Origin: Asterias rubens
Lineage: Eukaryota
Assembly (NCBI RefSeq): GCF_902459465.1
Contig: NC_047079.1
Location: 7,502,001 to 7,566,000, forward strand
DNA length: 64,000 bases
Direction: 5' to 3'
The notes under the pieces are model-generated. The model searched no databases. It had not been told where the DNA came from and saw nothing but the letters and a program-made list of their open reading frames with translations. Made by a program: the position numbers and the translations under genes. Of this stretch, positions 25,701 through 43,350 are shown one piece after another; the stretch's first letter is position 1, and each line of letters opens with the position of its first letter.

Positions 25701-28088
25701 TTTGAAACTCGTTGTACGTCATCTTCATTAGGCGTGTCCATGTCTTCTCTTAACAAGACCAGGGCATCCAGTAGCAGGTCTACCGTCCTTCTTTGCCATA
25801 GCCCGGGGGATGTGGCTGCTGGTCTTGCAACCATGTCGTACGGGAGGTTCTCTGAGTTGTAGACAAAAAAAAGAGGAAAACAAATCATCATATTTTCTCA
25901 GAATTTCTTTTTATTTGCAACTTTCTGAATAATTATTGGTTAAATTAAAAAATGCAAACATCGTGGCAAAAAAGCCGAATTGTGGATGCATTACAAAGAT
26001 TTTTTTTAACAAATTAAGCAGAAGGATTGAATCGGTGTGTAGGCCTGTTTAAAACAAAATCTGTTGGAACTCTGATTATTCAGAAAGTGATGAAGAGATT
26101 TTTTTGTAGAAAATAAACAAAAATAACTTTCTGCTTTTCGTTAAAGAAAACAAAATTAAAACGCCAAGTGCCTTTACCTCCGTGACTCGTTTTTGTCGGC
26201 ATTAAACTTTGATCGATAACTAATTTTTGTTAAAATAAACGAGGATTACAATTGCCTGTTCATTTTAAAATGAAATCTTTAATATTGGATAAAAAAAAAA
26301 AAAAAAAATAACTGCCCTTTTTTAAGTACCTCTAAACAATTTGACATTTTCTTTTAAGGTTTTATATTCATTTCACGTTTTTGAGCTAATGGAACTATGC
26401 AGTATTCATTGTAGGTTATATCTGTTGTCGAAAGTCAGAAGAAAAATGCACTGTTTGCACGAAATAAAAATACATTTTTACATCTTTGAGAAGATATATT
26501 CTCGTCTTAGGGTCTGCTGATATAAATAATTTAAAAACACACAAATCAAAATTATCTTAGAGGTAAATATGGCTATAGGGTAGTTCAGTAGTAGATTACG
26601 TTTATCCGGAGGGTGTTGGTTCAAATCCACCATAGTCACTTTTCTTTGTTCAAACCAAAATTAACTGCGACATAATGACTGTTTTGTTTTTGGTTTGTTG
26701 TTTTCTTTGACCAAGTGAATCCTAAACAAAGTCACTGAGGTGAAGTTTTTCACCCAGCTGAACAGGCTAAACAAAGTTTCGCAGACGACTGAATGTTTTT
26801 CCTATTTGCGTTGATATGAGGATATGGAATCTATACACAAATTTAAATATTTGATAAGTAAATCAATCAGTTCTTCCTTAAAGGTTATTTTGTGGAGTCA
26901 GCTATGCGTATGGTTTTATGGTATGGGCGATACAGAATAATTAATGCTCCACTGAAACATGAACAAAGGGAATTTTAAGTCTCCTCTTTTTATTCTGTGA
27001 TCAAAAGATATCTTTAATGCACAAATGTTTCTCAGAAATTAAACAAAATTGTGGACAAATTTTAGGTAATTACTGAAACTCTAAAGGCTGACCAATTAGT
27101 TTAATTAGCGCGTAGAAAGACCACAACTCAGAGTATACAATCTTTTCAGGGTTAATTGAAAAATGTTCAATATTGATTTGTACAATGCACATAGAGGACT
27201 TAGCCATCAGGCTCACTTAAAAACTTAAATTCAGAGAATCTCTCACTAGGTAAATTGCTCTTATTGACCAGTCATTCCCACTAAGCATTAGTCGGATGAA
27301 ATGAGAAACTAATGACCGTCTAATCCAAACAATGCCACTTGTTGACGGAGGTTGTTGTCCTAAGACGCTAATCTGAATGCAAATTAATGTTTTCAACCGT
27401 CCACTTTAAATACCGACCAAGATTGTACAACAACAAATCAAAAGGTTGGCTTTGTTTTACACACTGCGTTCACGGTGTGGAGAAAATTTCATGACAAATT
27501 TCTCCAAAATGAAAAGTTGAGCGCTGCCACTCGTAATTTAATCAAATCTTATAAGATGATTATGAATATTGGAAATAAGTTCATCTATTGTTTCGAGTAC
27601 CTACTAACAAAATAACAACTTTTGAAATGAATTTGACGGCGATCAGAGCACACTGATCGGTACGTCGAGTTTCTCACATCATCTTTTTAGAATCCTACTG
27701 CCGCTCCGTTTTGAACCGACTACAGTTTACAATAAATCCGTCAAGTAAACCAAAAAAGGACAAAAACGCGACTTGTCTTGTTTCTAGTAAAAATAAATCT
27801 TTGGCAAGTGAGGTCAAGCAGAAATCCCTTCACACAATATTTAAAAATCACATCCATTTGGTGAAACTGATTATTTGAACAAAAGCGCACCTCAAATTCA
27901 ATCAAATTATTGTCAAAAAAAAAGATTAAGGATTGTGTAAAAAGAAAAGGAGTAAGTGACTAAGATGCTTTCTTACCTTCTTCCGAATAAGGCGTTTCCA
28001 TTGTGCTAGCTGATCGTGTGAGTGTCGATATAACTACAGCAACCATTGCTAAAAGCACGCAAATTCTTGCGCTAGTCGTTCCCGCCAT
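19721..28088 (-). CDS. Putative secreted neuropeptide precursor (112 aa), 3 coding exons, family unassigned
   Basis: Exons 28088-27977 (donor GTAAGA), 25851-25693 (acceptor ...tttgtctacaactcag, donor GTAAGA) and 19788-19721 (branch CTAAT plus ctttctctgcctcccttttcaaatccag). Both introns are phase 1; total 339 nt. Protein MAGTTSARICVLLAMVAVVISTLTRSASTMETPYSEEENLPYDMVARPAATSPGLWQRRTVDLLLDALVLLREDMDTPNEDDVQRVSKRKSHFLFWRTPVFDKGQGSQKRSI has a hydrophobic signal peptide, acidic spacer and RR/KR sites. Exons 1-2 are well supported; exon 3 is my best acceptor candidate. Confidence 0.75.
20600..20757 (-). mobile_element. tRNA-headed SINE with a CORE/Meta-like central domain
   Basis: Minus strand reads gtcgtggctgagcggtctag...ggacttcgaatcctggg (A/B-box-like), then cttgtgtccttgagcaagg...tctctccacccaggagtacaaatgggta. 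Confidence 0.6.
22948..23445. mobile_element. ~500-bp element with ~49-bp terminal inverted repeats
   Basis: cccggtgtggcggtttcagtcttccgccgtgttcagttttccgggtgac versus gtcattcggaaaactgaacacagcggaaagttgaaaccgccacaccggg. An internal direct copy of part of the TIR lies at 23040-23065. Confidence 0.8.
25318..25505 (+). mobile_element. SINE body fragment with a Nin/Deu-domain-like core
   Basis: aaaagagaaggggttcgccccggt..cctgg...tgcgccacagcaccttgtaaacc resembles, from memory, the conserved central domain of DeuSINE/Nin-SINE families; not database-checked. Confidence 0.45.
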
Positions 28089-28208
28089 TTTCCGTAAAGT
28101 TGTCGTCTGCTCTTGGTATCTGCTATGGTTGATACACAAATCTGGTGGACATACGGCTTGGATCACTGTACTCCGAGTTAATGAACTTCTCTCTTTGGCT
28201 CAAAGTGT

Positions 28209-28634
28209 ATAATGACCGAAGCTACGGCCGAGGGAGCGGTTTTTATGCGGAGACTACGTTAGGCTCCTCCTCAACTCGCAACTACAAACAAAAAAACTGT
28301 GCGTGAGTTGTTTTTGCTGTCAGAAGAGTCCCCGGGCGGCGACTTCACGGACAAAAGATAACTAGCCTGTTCTTGGACGGAGGAATGAGTTCGTGTCGTA
28401 ATTGCTAAAGCAGCGTGTTTCGTTTTTTGCATCTGATGGAGTGGTTAACGTTTGGTGATCGCAGGCGACATTTTAATGAACATCTTGCAGGTTTTTTTTC
28501 CTTTTTTTTCTTCTTCATGCCCACGCTGCTGCAAAACGTCTAAGTTACGGATGATCTGATTGGCTGGAGGGGTTCCGGTGTCACACACACGGATGTACCT
28601 GTGGTTTCCATTGGTTCACAGCGGTATGACGTCA
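28209..28634 (-). promoter_or_regulatory. Candidate promoter of the neuropeptide-precursor gene
   Basis: On the minus strand: Inr-like TCATTAT (A at 28213), TATA-like CATAAAAA at 28247-28240, E-box CAGATG at 28435-28430, CCAAT at 28563-28559 and a perfect CRE TGACGTCA at 28627-28634. Confidence 0.5.
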
Positions 28635-29003
28635 ATTTCGTCTCGTGCAACTTTTTTTTAACATATAGCGAAATGATAATGGAACACGGAACATCATGTT
28701 AAAGTACAAACAATGTTTGACATGAAAAATAAAAATAAACTTTCATTATGAAGCCAGCATTTTTATTAAGGTACGGGCACTACATCTTTGAGCCCATTTG
28801 GAGCCACGGCTAAGGCTTGGACCCCGGCTTGTGCTCTGGCATAGGGAAGGTACAACACAAATTTAGCCACGAGATGAATGCAAGTAAAGAATTAATAAAC
28901 TTCTCAGACCAACAGAGAAACCTGGGAATAAGACTATGGCCTCTGTTTCCAGTTAGCGACTTATTTCTTTTCTTCTTCTGTACATTAAAATCTGCCACAG
29001 GAC

Positions 29004-29161
29004 CAGCCGTCGATTTCACCAAACTCTTCCTAACTTAACATTAATCTTAGGTCTTAGGACGAGTCCCAACCCTGCACTGTAGCATGCAGACCTTAAGATT
29101 GATCCTAAGTGTCCCAACTCGAGATAGGATCAATCCTAGCGTTTCGTGAAATCGACGGCTG
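29004..29161. mobile_element. MITE family with (C/G)GATTTCAC...GTGAAATC TIRs and TAGGA-rich interior
   Basis: Perfect 16-bp TIR cagccgtcgatttcac / gtgaaatcgacggctg. Relatives at about 25170-25310, 35400-35485 and 38184-38356. Confidence 0.8.
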
Positions 29162-30642
29162 ATCACGTGCTTCTGGTTATACCGTAAACAACTGAGAATT
29201 TTGCCCAAGTAGCGTTTATCATAACCGAGACTACTATGGTCGCACAACTTCGGACGTGATTGGCAATTGGGCTTCTAAAAACCTAAGCATCATCATAAAT
29301 AATTTGTTTTGTCTCAATGTTTAGTTTAACAGATAGTTTCTCTGCAACTTTTTTGTTTAACAAATTATTTTCAAGTGCTTATAAATAAAATAGATCCTAA
29401 AAAGAAGACTTGGTTTTATTGAGACGTTTTTTGTTTGGTTTTTTTTTTGCTTTTCACCCCATACCAGGCTACTTCTTCGTAGAAAACAGTCACATCTAGC
29501 AATGGATTTGGGTCTTATGATTGTCTAACATAAGGAAGGGTTATCGTTTTCTAAAAATTGACTTCCAGCTCAAAATTCTTTTCAAAGGTCAAGCAAAGAG
29601 CTGAGCCATCCTGGAAAAAGATATATATATTTTATATAATATAATCATTTACTTTTCATCTTGCAAAATATCATTGAAACTTGACAGCTAGTAAACCAAT
29701 GCTATTCCGTAATCAGTGGGTAGATCATGCAGATTCGCAGGGTTCTGATCTGTGCAATTTTCACCGTGAATTACCGACTTGCTAGACGGGCAGGAAGCGC
29801 ATCTTGCCCCGGGGGACTTTGCGACGATATTTAACCCTCAAACAAGAGATCAATTTCAAAGGAAAAATCGATAATGATTATGAATTATTTCCGAATAATT
29901 TTGAGGATTTTTGTTTGTAATTTGTTCCCGAGTATTTGTTCATCTTTGATTCCAACCACGTCATTGCCTAGACGTTTTAGATGAGTTGTATACCAAGGTA
30001 CAAGATAATCACCTTTTTGAGAAAATAGAATTAGGCCCCTTGCTGTATCAAACTGCTTACCAACCAACATGACCTTGAATGCAAACAATGACATTGCGAC
30101 CCTATAATAAGCGAAGTCGTTCTCGAAGGCTTACCACTGGGCCCAATTTCATAGGAGTTGCTTAAGCACAAATTATGCTTAAACAAACAAATCCATGCTT
30201 AGTAAAATCAGATTATCGGCCAAGACTCCACTCAATTGTTATGCTAAGTAAACAACAGCTAACTACGAGTCACAAGCAATGTCATAGGTCATAAAATTTT
30301 GTCCAGTAACACGTAAAAACGAGCAAGCTTTTTTCGTGCTTAAGCAAATTGTTTGCTTAAGCAGCTCTATGAAATTGGCCCCTGTTCTTTAGCATCCGAG
30401 AAAAGACTATGCCATAGATAAAAACGTCAGGCCAAACTATTTTTGTCGCAATTGTTTTATTGTCTGCTATTAAACTTTCATCCATAATCTATTCGTAGAG
30501 AGTTTCATGATATGATATGAACGATAATAATGAAAATTGTTTCGGTCAGTCGGCAATTTTCTTAAAAAGAGGATCTTTGGAGTGAATGTTTAAACAAAAT
30601 CTCGTCTAAAACAGAAGACAGTGACCTACTATTACCAAAATG

Positions 30643-30725
30643 CTTGGTTAGCTCAGTTGGTATAGTGCCAGCACGTATAGGTTCAAGTCCCACTCTAGTC
30701 AATTTAACTTTGTTATACAACCTAA
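30643..30725 (+). mobile_element. Short tRNA-derived SINE (tail ...gtcaattttctttgttcaacccaaaa)
   Basis: tagctcagttggta A-box plus ggttcaagtcc B-box. Related copies near 11850-11910, 26577-26660, 48870-48922 and 50518-50590. Confidence 0.65.
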
Positions 30726-33700
30726 TTAAAATTTTAACTCCATCATTTTACCTTGTAGTTTAGTTACTTGACAATTATAATTTATAATAGTGTAATCAAC
30801 TGTTCTTGTCTATAATCCTTGAGTACGGCTGTGGCTATCGCAATATAGCCGATTCTTTACTTCAACATAATACAGCAACAAGCAACAGCCGCTCACCTTG
30901 GCTACGGCTTAGAGGATAGTTGGTTTGTGTATTTCCATATAACTATCAGCAACCATACCCGTTTCATATTACACTGTGACGTTGTGGTTCGAAGAAAGTC
31001 CCAGTCGTGACGCATATCATTAAAATGATGGTTCTCATTGACGTATGTTTGTAAGTTTTTGCATAATTATTTTTCGTCTGCGATTGATCTATTTCAGCGG
31101 AACCTATAACTTAACACGCAGCAGATAATTCAAATGATATTCTTCGTTTTGTGTTTGAATCAAGAAATGGTTGAGTTTTGTTTTAAATGTTTTTATTTGC
31201 AAAAAGTGCAGAAGGGGATATATTCTGATAGAAGTAAAAGCTCAGAAGATAAATATAGGCCAGTTCTTGGCGGACAAGGACAAACTAATTAGGCTGATTG
31301 TATGAAGCAAATCTGCAGTTGCAGGTGAGATTCGTTTTATTGGCCCCTTTAAAATGAAATTTAAAATACTGCTGTCAGTTCTAATAAAGACTCAGCCTTT
31401 ATTATGAGTCGTTTTCTTTGGGCAGTTATAAAAAGACTATTTGAATTACCCTCTCTACATTTGACTCGCGTTCCACTTTCTACGAGAGTCGATGACAAAG
31501 ACTAAGAATCGAGTTTTTCTTCCGAGAGCTCTACGTCATGTCTCCCCGCCGGCCGGCCTTCAAATAACAACACTTTTGGGCACAAACTTGACAGAAAACA
31601 CTCCAAGTGTTCTAAATCAACACCGATGTCGAATCTATCGAGGGTCGGTTGGAGCTTTAAGAGGTTTACCAACGTAACTTGCCCGTATTTGCAGTATCAG
31701 CAGAACCCCTCGTGCGTGATTCGAGCGAGAAAAAGCCCGCGCTTTTTCGCAGCAGACGACAGCTGGTGCAACAAGGGGAAGTGTGTGAGTAACGTTTTTG
31801 GTTGTTACACATGACTCCCACTCGGAAAGCTGTGATGTCGAGTCTCATTGTTTTTCACTCCCTTCCTGGCAAAATAGTGAATTTGAGAAATTAATAACCC
31901 TCGTACTCTAATCATGTCAGAGTCGGACATGATGGGCATACTAAACACTAACACATCCAAAACAAGATTGACGTCTCACCCACCAATGCTCCACAAACTG
32001 TTATTAAATACGTCGTTCATGCATAAGATCCACTGTGACATTATATTTTGAACAGTTCCCAGTGGCAGCATTTTGTCTGTGCGCTTAGAGTCATATCGTT
32101 GTTTTAAAACTGCTTCAAAATAGTTGGCAACTATCTCATCCAGTCATCCGTCACGCAGTTATTATGTGTGAATGCTTGTCCCAAATTTGCCAACAAATAT
32201 TTCCAGACACTGCACAAGCTGTGGTGTTAAACTGAACTTTTCTGGTATCTATTGTAACCGCACTGACATGATGTTAGTTGTCACCATCGTTGGTGAAGTT
32301 AACACCGTTTTTGTGTTGTCCAATGTAGATACTAAAAGAACAATTAAAACACAATTTTTTTGTTTTTATTGAATTGACTTCAATTGAAATGGTTTATGGT
32401 TGAAAACGCCATCGCAGCCAGAGGCTGAACTAAGTCAAATGTTACAGTGTATGGCTATGCTCTTAGTAAGTGTGAACTAAGACTATAGTAATAATCTGTT
32501 TTTAAGCACAAAAGCCAAGGCTGTCTTTATTGAATAGGCTACTTTAAATAACAATAAAACAAATTTAAAAATCGAATCTAATCTTTCATCTGTATATACC
32601 TTGTAAGGCAAGTTCCTTGTAAGACAAAAGTTCATTGAGGTTTTAAGACCATAAACCACTAATGCCATGACTACTCGGCATGAGATAATACTTCATGCTT
32701 ATAACATACAACCATCTAGAGTCTAGTAATCCACTATTAGACCCCACGTAGCGAGGTTAAACGCTCTCTATTTTCTGTAATCACTGAAAAATGATCCATG
32801 ATAGCTCAACATTCTGGGGGGCTCGCGTTTCAAACTCAAATAATCTTAAGTGTTTGTGAAGGAGACTACGAGACTCCCCGTAGTCTTGCTCAACTGTTTG
32901 TTATTTACGCAATCTCCATCTTGTTTTAATTGACATAATATATCAAGAACGCCTGATGAATGGGTGGGGATCGGGAGACAATCGTCGCCAGCAGAAACGA
33001 AAAAGAAGCAGCAAAGTTGTTTCACCGCTCTTCAGGATTTGCAAAGAAATAATTGCATGTGGTAAAATTGTCTAGGGTGTGGTTTAAAAATGAGTGGGTT
33101 CTTAATCAGAAGGGTTTGTTCTTGGATTAAAGAAGATTTGACAATAACTCTGGATGAAGTAACGAGGCAATTTATTTGCATTAAGCAACTACTATCAAAT
33201 CACTAGAAACCGAAATCACATTTCAATGTTCGCCTAAATTTACTGTGGTTGGACAGACACTGGAAGATTGTCTCTTTTACTTCCCAAAACATTAATGTAA
33301 AATTTGTCCCGAGTCAATAATAGCTCAGCTTCTGTGTAGTGACCCATTTCCTTTGCATTAGTTGGCACAGGAACCCCTCTGGACAGATGCCAGTCCATCG
33401 CATGTTAATAGTGAAAAGATTTTTGAATGTTTTCACTGTTTTCATTTCAAACACTGGGTTTTGGATGAACTCCCACAGAGTACAACGCAGCAGATATGGG
33501 GCACTTGAATAGTGGTATCACTTCTTGCTGTTCCGTTGCTTCAGTTTACCTTTAAAATTACTTGCGTCTAGTTGGCTTTTCGTGACTTTATTTTGCTTTG
33601 CAGCCAAGCAGCACATTGAAACCGCTTTAACAAAATTGAGGCTGTACGGTACACTTGTCTGGCACCTGCACTTCTTTACCTATAAAACAACATTGATGAC

Positions 33701-36373
33701 GTATATCAAGGGACATGAGCAGACGCAATGTTACCATAGAGCATCTAAGCGGGGATTAATGTTTACAAAACTCATTATTTTCCCAATATCCACACTTGGT
33801 GCATTTGGCTTCGGGAATTAAAACTAAATTGCTTCCTTTGGTCTAATTAACCTTGATGTATGGAATGTTTTAGATAAGTAATATTATGATTGCACAGGTA
33901 GATAATAAACCATAGCGCGCACCAAGGACGAGGCCATGTTGACTGAATGTTTAAGACGGTATTCTCGATGACAAGACGTATGGTTCCGCCTTGTTTCCCG
34001 TGCAGGGAGTCTGTCTTGTTTGAGGACTTGTTATAGAAAAATGGTTTGTAGAATGAAACCACTCGGGGTAATTGCTAATTCTTCATCATTCCGAGGTTTG
34101 ATCACTGAAGATTGATTAATCTCGTCCACCGTGTCTTGTCTCTGATTCGTTACCCGTGATTATGCGGTATCACACTGGGACGTCTGAGGTCGGTGACCCC
34201 TACACTCAAAGCAATCTCGGATAATGGGGACTCTGTTATACCACAGAGACGGGCCAAATTTCATAAAGCCTGTAAGCACAAAAATTTGTTTAGCATGAAA
34301 TTTCTTCCTTAATAAAAACAGGGTTACCAGCCAAATTTCCACGTGCTTTTCAGGATAAGCAAACAACAGCTGAATGTCAAAAACAAGCAATACGCAACAA
34401 ATTAAATGTGGTTGGTAATCTTGTTTTTATCAAGGAAAAAATTTCATGCTTAGCCAATTTTTGTGCTTACATGATTCATGAAAGTGGGCTCAGGTATGTG
34501 GGTCCTTTCTCTATGGTTATATTGTTGTATAAAAAACTACAAAATATTATTAGTTCATCTTCTTTGAGGCATAGTTTGATTTTTGAGCCGTTGCATTTGG
34601 TAACACCATGTGGAACTGTCTATACTTTGCTGTCAAAATGTCTGTCAGTGTTAAATTTACAGGCCTTTGTTACTTTTCAAGTATTTTTAATTAAACCCTC
34701 TGAAAATAACCGTGAGTGGAACACACACTAACACAGTTAGCCATTGTTATTTTTATATTACTTAAAATTAAAAACACCCAAGGAGCAACAGCAGAAAGGT
34801 AAATTGAAACAAAAAACGACCGTCAACGGAATTATAATCATCTTTATGCAACTATAATATTAATAACTAAGAATGTTGTGTAAGCGCATCAGCACGCCGT
34901 ACAGCACCGGGGCGAACGTGCCGTCGGTCCCCACTGCCCGTTTAGCTCTCTCTGGTGTTTATCTTATCCCGGGCCCACACTTCTTCAACATGTAAGCCAT
35001 GTCTAGTGCTATTCTAAGGGGACATGAATACAATTCTAGATGAGAATAGATTACGATGTTACCTTTTACGGAAGTAGGTACTTGAAGGGTAACAGGGCAT
35101 TGAGCTAGGGTTGCTGAACTTGTATCAGTAAATTAAATAAAACCGTATTTAAAGAGCATTTCCACCTTGCAGAAAACTTCACGTTGTTATTATTTAGTGA
35201 CCATTGGTGATGCACCGTGTCTTTCTATTTGTCGAAGGATTTTTTTCACATAGTTGAAAATGATTATAGATTTCCAGAAAAAGGAAAGTATCATCATGGG
35301 GAATGTTTTGAACACAAAACAAAAAACATATAATAACACCGAGCTACCAGTCAGTTTGTAAGCCTTTTTGCAGTTAACCTTTGACAAAGATCTCGGGTGT
35401 ATAGGACAAGTTTACTCGTCCTAATCTCCTAAAGAGTTCTAGGACTAGTCCTTGTTCGGACTATCTACGGTGAAATCGACCCCTGGGCGTTTATGATGTA
35501 TAATACAGAATGACGCCGGACACATCACAACTCCTCTAAAGATTTAATAAAAAAGTGACATACTTTTGTTGAATGTTCTTCTCTAATTTGCAGTTTAGTG
35601 AAAATGTATCCATTGTGAAATCAAGTGTTTTGACGTTGTAGGTTAGAGCAACACGCTCCCCGAGTCCAAGATGATCGGATCGTGTGGGTAAATACGTGCA
35701 ACGCCGTCAGATGGTGTGGATAGACGGGGGGAAAGTTGGGACGGGGGACAGGTTGATGACGAGTTTGTACTCGTCGGAAAGCTTTGAAGTCGCCGCTTTT
35801 GATGCTACCTAAAAATGGTTTACAATGTGTTGGCGGGTATTAAAATCTCTTTTAGATTTGATTGTGTGGGCTTCAGTTGTGTTATTTTTTCTTGAGACGG
35901 AGGTCAGTATCTGGGATAAAAAGAAATCGTATTTCATGTTTTTTGTCCTTTCTTTTTTATTAAAATTTCAGCTGCCGTTGTGGGCGCTGTTGACAGGGAA
36001 GCTCAGTGTTCTTTGTTTCATCTGTCTTCTTTTCTTGATATGAAAATAAAACCGAGGTGGGTGATGAGCTTTTTGTAGCCTTGCACACATGGGAGAAAGT
36101 TATTCAATTTTGAGGGTGTGCTCCATTTGATATTTCCATTATTCTACTATATTAGTCGAAATTAGCTGAACTTATTACATTAGTAATAGTGAGGTTTAGC
36201 TGCATGTTACGCGAGCAAACACGCGTGAACGTGAACGTCAAAAACTCACCGGCACTGCCAACATGTGGCTACAGACACCAGCCAGAGTCACGAGAAGTCA
36301 ATTGAGTTCAGTCACGGCCTAAAGCCATTTTTCCAACAATCCATGTTTTCGGTTACTTTATTTTCCATACCTT

Positions 36374-36482
36374 TAAGGGGTGACTTTATAAGGGGTGACT
36401 TTGTAAGGGCGTGACTTTGTAAGGGCGTAACTTTGTACGGGGTGACTTATTTGTAAGGGGTGACTTTTAAAGGGGGTGACGT
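36374..36482. repeat. 15-16-bp minisatellite (AGGGGTGACTTTGTA-like)
   Basis: About 7 degenerate copies, e.g. aaggggtgactttata aggggtgactttgta agggcgtgactttgta. Confidence 0.75.
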
Positions 36483-36907
36483 TGTAGGCTGTAGACTTTG
36501 ACTGCCCTGTATAAACTGACTCTATGTAACGGAGGGGGCAACTTCGTTGTGGGCAACAAGTTGCTGAGGCCTGTGGGGCGAGAACTGGTATTCGATTTGA
36601 GCATCGGGCCCCTTGCACACAACGGCCCGCGCTGGATGTATGAGTTTGTGGGAATACCAGTCATCTCGCCCCCAGCAAACACGCCCACTGCAAAGTCGGT
36701 CCCCCCCCCCCCCCCCCCCCCCAGCAAAGTCGACCACGACCGGCGCGGTGTGGTGGTGGCCTCAAATCGAAGAAGGATCGACACTGACAGTTACTGACGG
36801 TCGTTGTCGTGTTTTGGGGGCACGTGTTATTATCAGGTGGTCTCTACCACGTGTGCACACGATTCACAACCATTGATTCCATCATACATGCCTAATCCGG
36901 CTTGGAA

Positions 36908-42394
<5,487 letters not shown>

Positions 42395-43350
42395 GTTTAT
42401 TATGCACTTATTAATGTTGTAAACAGGATCGTAATAATTGGGGCAAGTTTAAGGAAGTTTCCCTTGTCCTATTTGTAATGTAATGCACCATGTTATTATA
42501 AATTGCATAATCGATCCAAGGACTAAATCTTATCGGAATTTTCTTCGCTGAAATCAACGACCATCTCAATTTTGTAAAATCTTGGAACTTGCTTGGATCT
42601 TGACTTGCCTTGAATGGTTCTCTTAGTTTCTGTATGTGGGAATTGATATCACCATAGTGAGTGATATATCATTCAAAAAATGACAAAAAGGAGTTTTGTT
42701 ATAAAGTCATCAACCACAAGGGAACCTGACTGGTTGAATGTTAAATAATTTTGAGTTCAACTTGCCAATCGAATCAGGCCCTGAAAGTTCCTCTTTTTAA
42801 ACGTAAACAATTAAAAAAAAACACCAAAGTACAATATCGACTTTGATAAAATGGCACTTGATTTATAGCAATTCCAGAATGATATAAAATCCAGACATCT
42901 TATAATATACATATTATATACAGAAATGTTATTCTACAGAATACATCTAAACAATAAATATGGGACCAATATAAAATAAAAGATAATGTTGAACTTGTAA
43001 TGAATATGTGCACAGACATACTATTCTTCCTTTAGTCTGATTTTCTATTTTTGTTTGACCTTGGGAGAAAAAAAAAAGAGTATTTTATTTACAAGGTCTG
43101 AAAACTTGTCAAGTATGTAAAGTCTCATATCCCCCCCCATGACAAAACATCAGTCATGTTTGTACATCAATTTATTAAGAATTTTCTTTAAGAAAATAAG
43201 TCACCAATATTTATTGTTCTGTTACAGATAAACGTTTTTGTGGAGTCTAGTAATTCTCACCAATGAACTTAACCAGGGGCAACTTTAAAAAGGTTAATAA
43301 TAATCAATAAGTAACTTAAAGTCACTTTTTAAATCTTAGAGCGAGTCTTA

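Noticed and set aside
31990-32330. Possible pseudogenic exon on the minus strand
   Set aside because: Four stops in about 110 codons is within random expectation and no motif is recognisable.
33847-34250. GC-richer stretch with short minus-strand ORFs
   Set aside because: All frames are interrupted, with no splice-consistent model or recognisable domain.
36373-36876. Cluster of overlapping Pro/Gly-rich ORFs upstream of NSUN5
   Set aside because: Produced by a minisatellite and a poly-C run in repeat-like sequence; no protein family signal.
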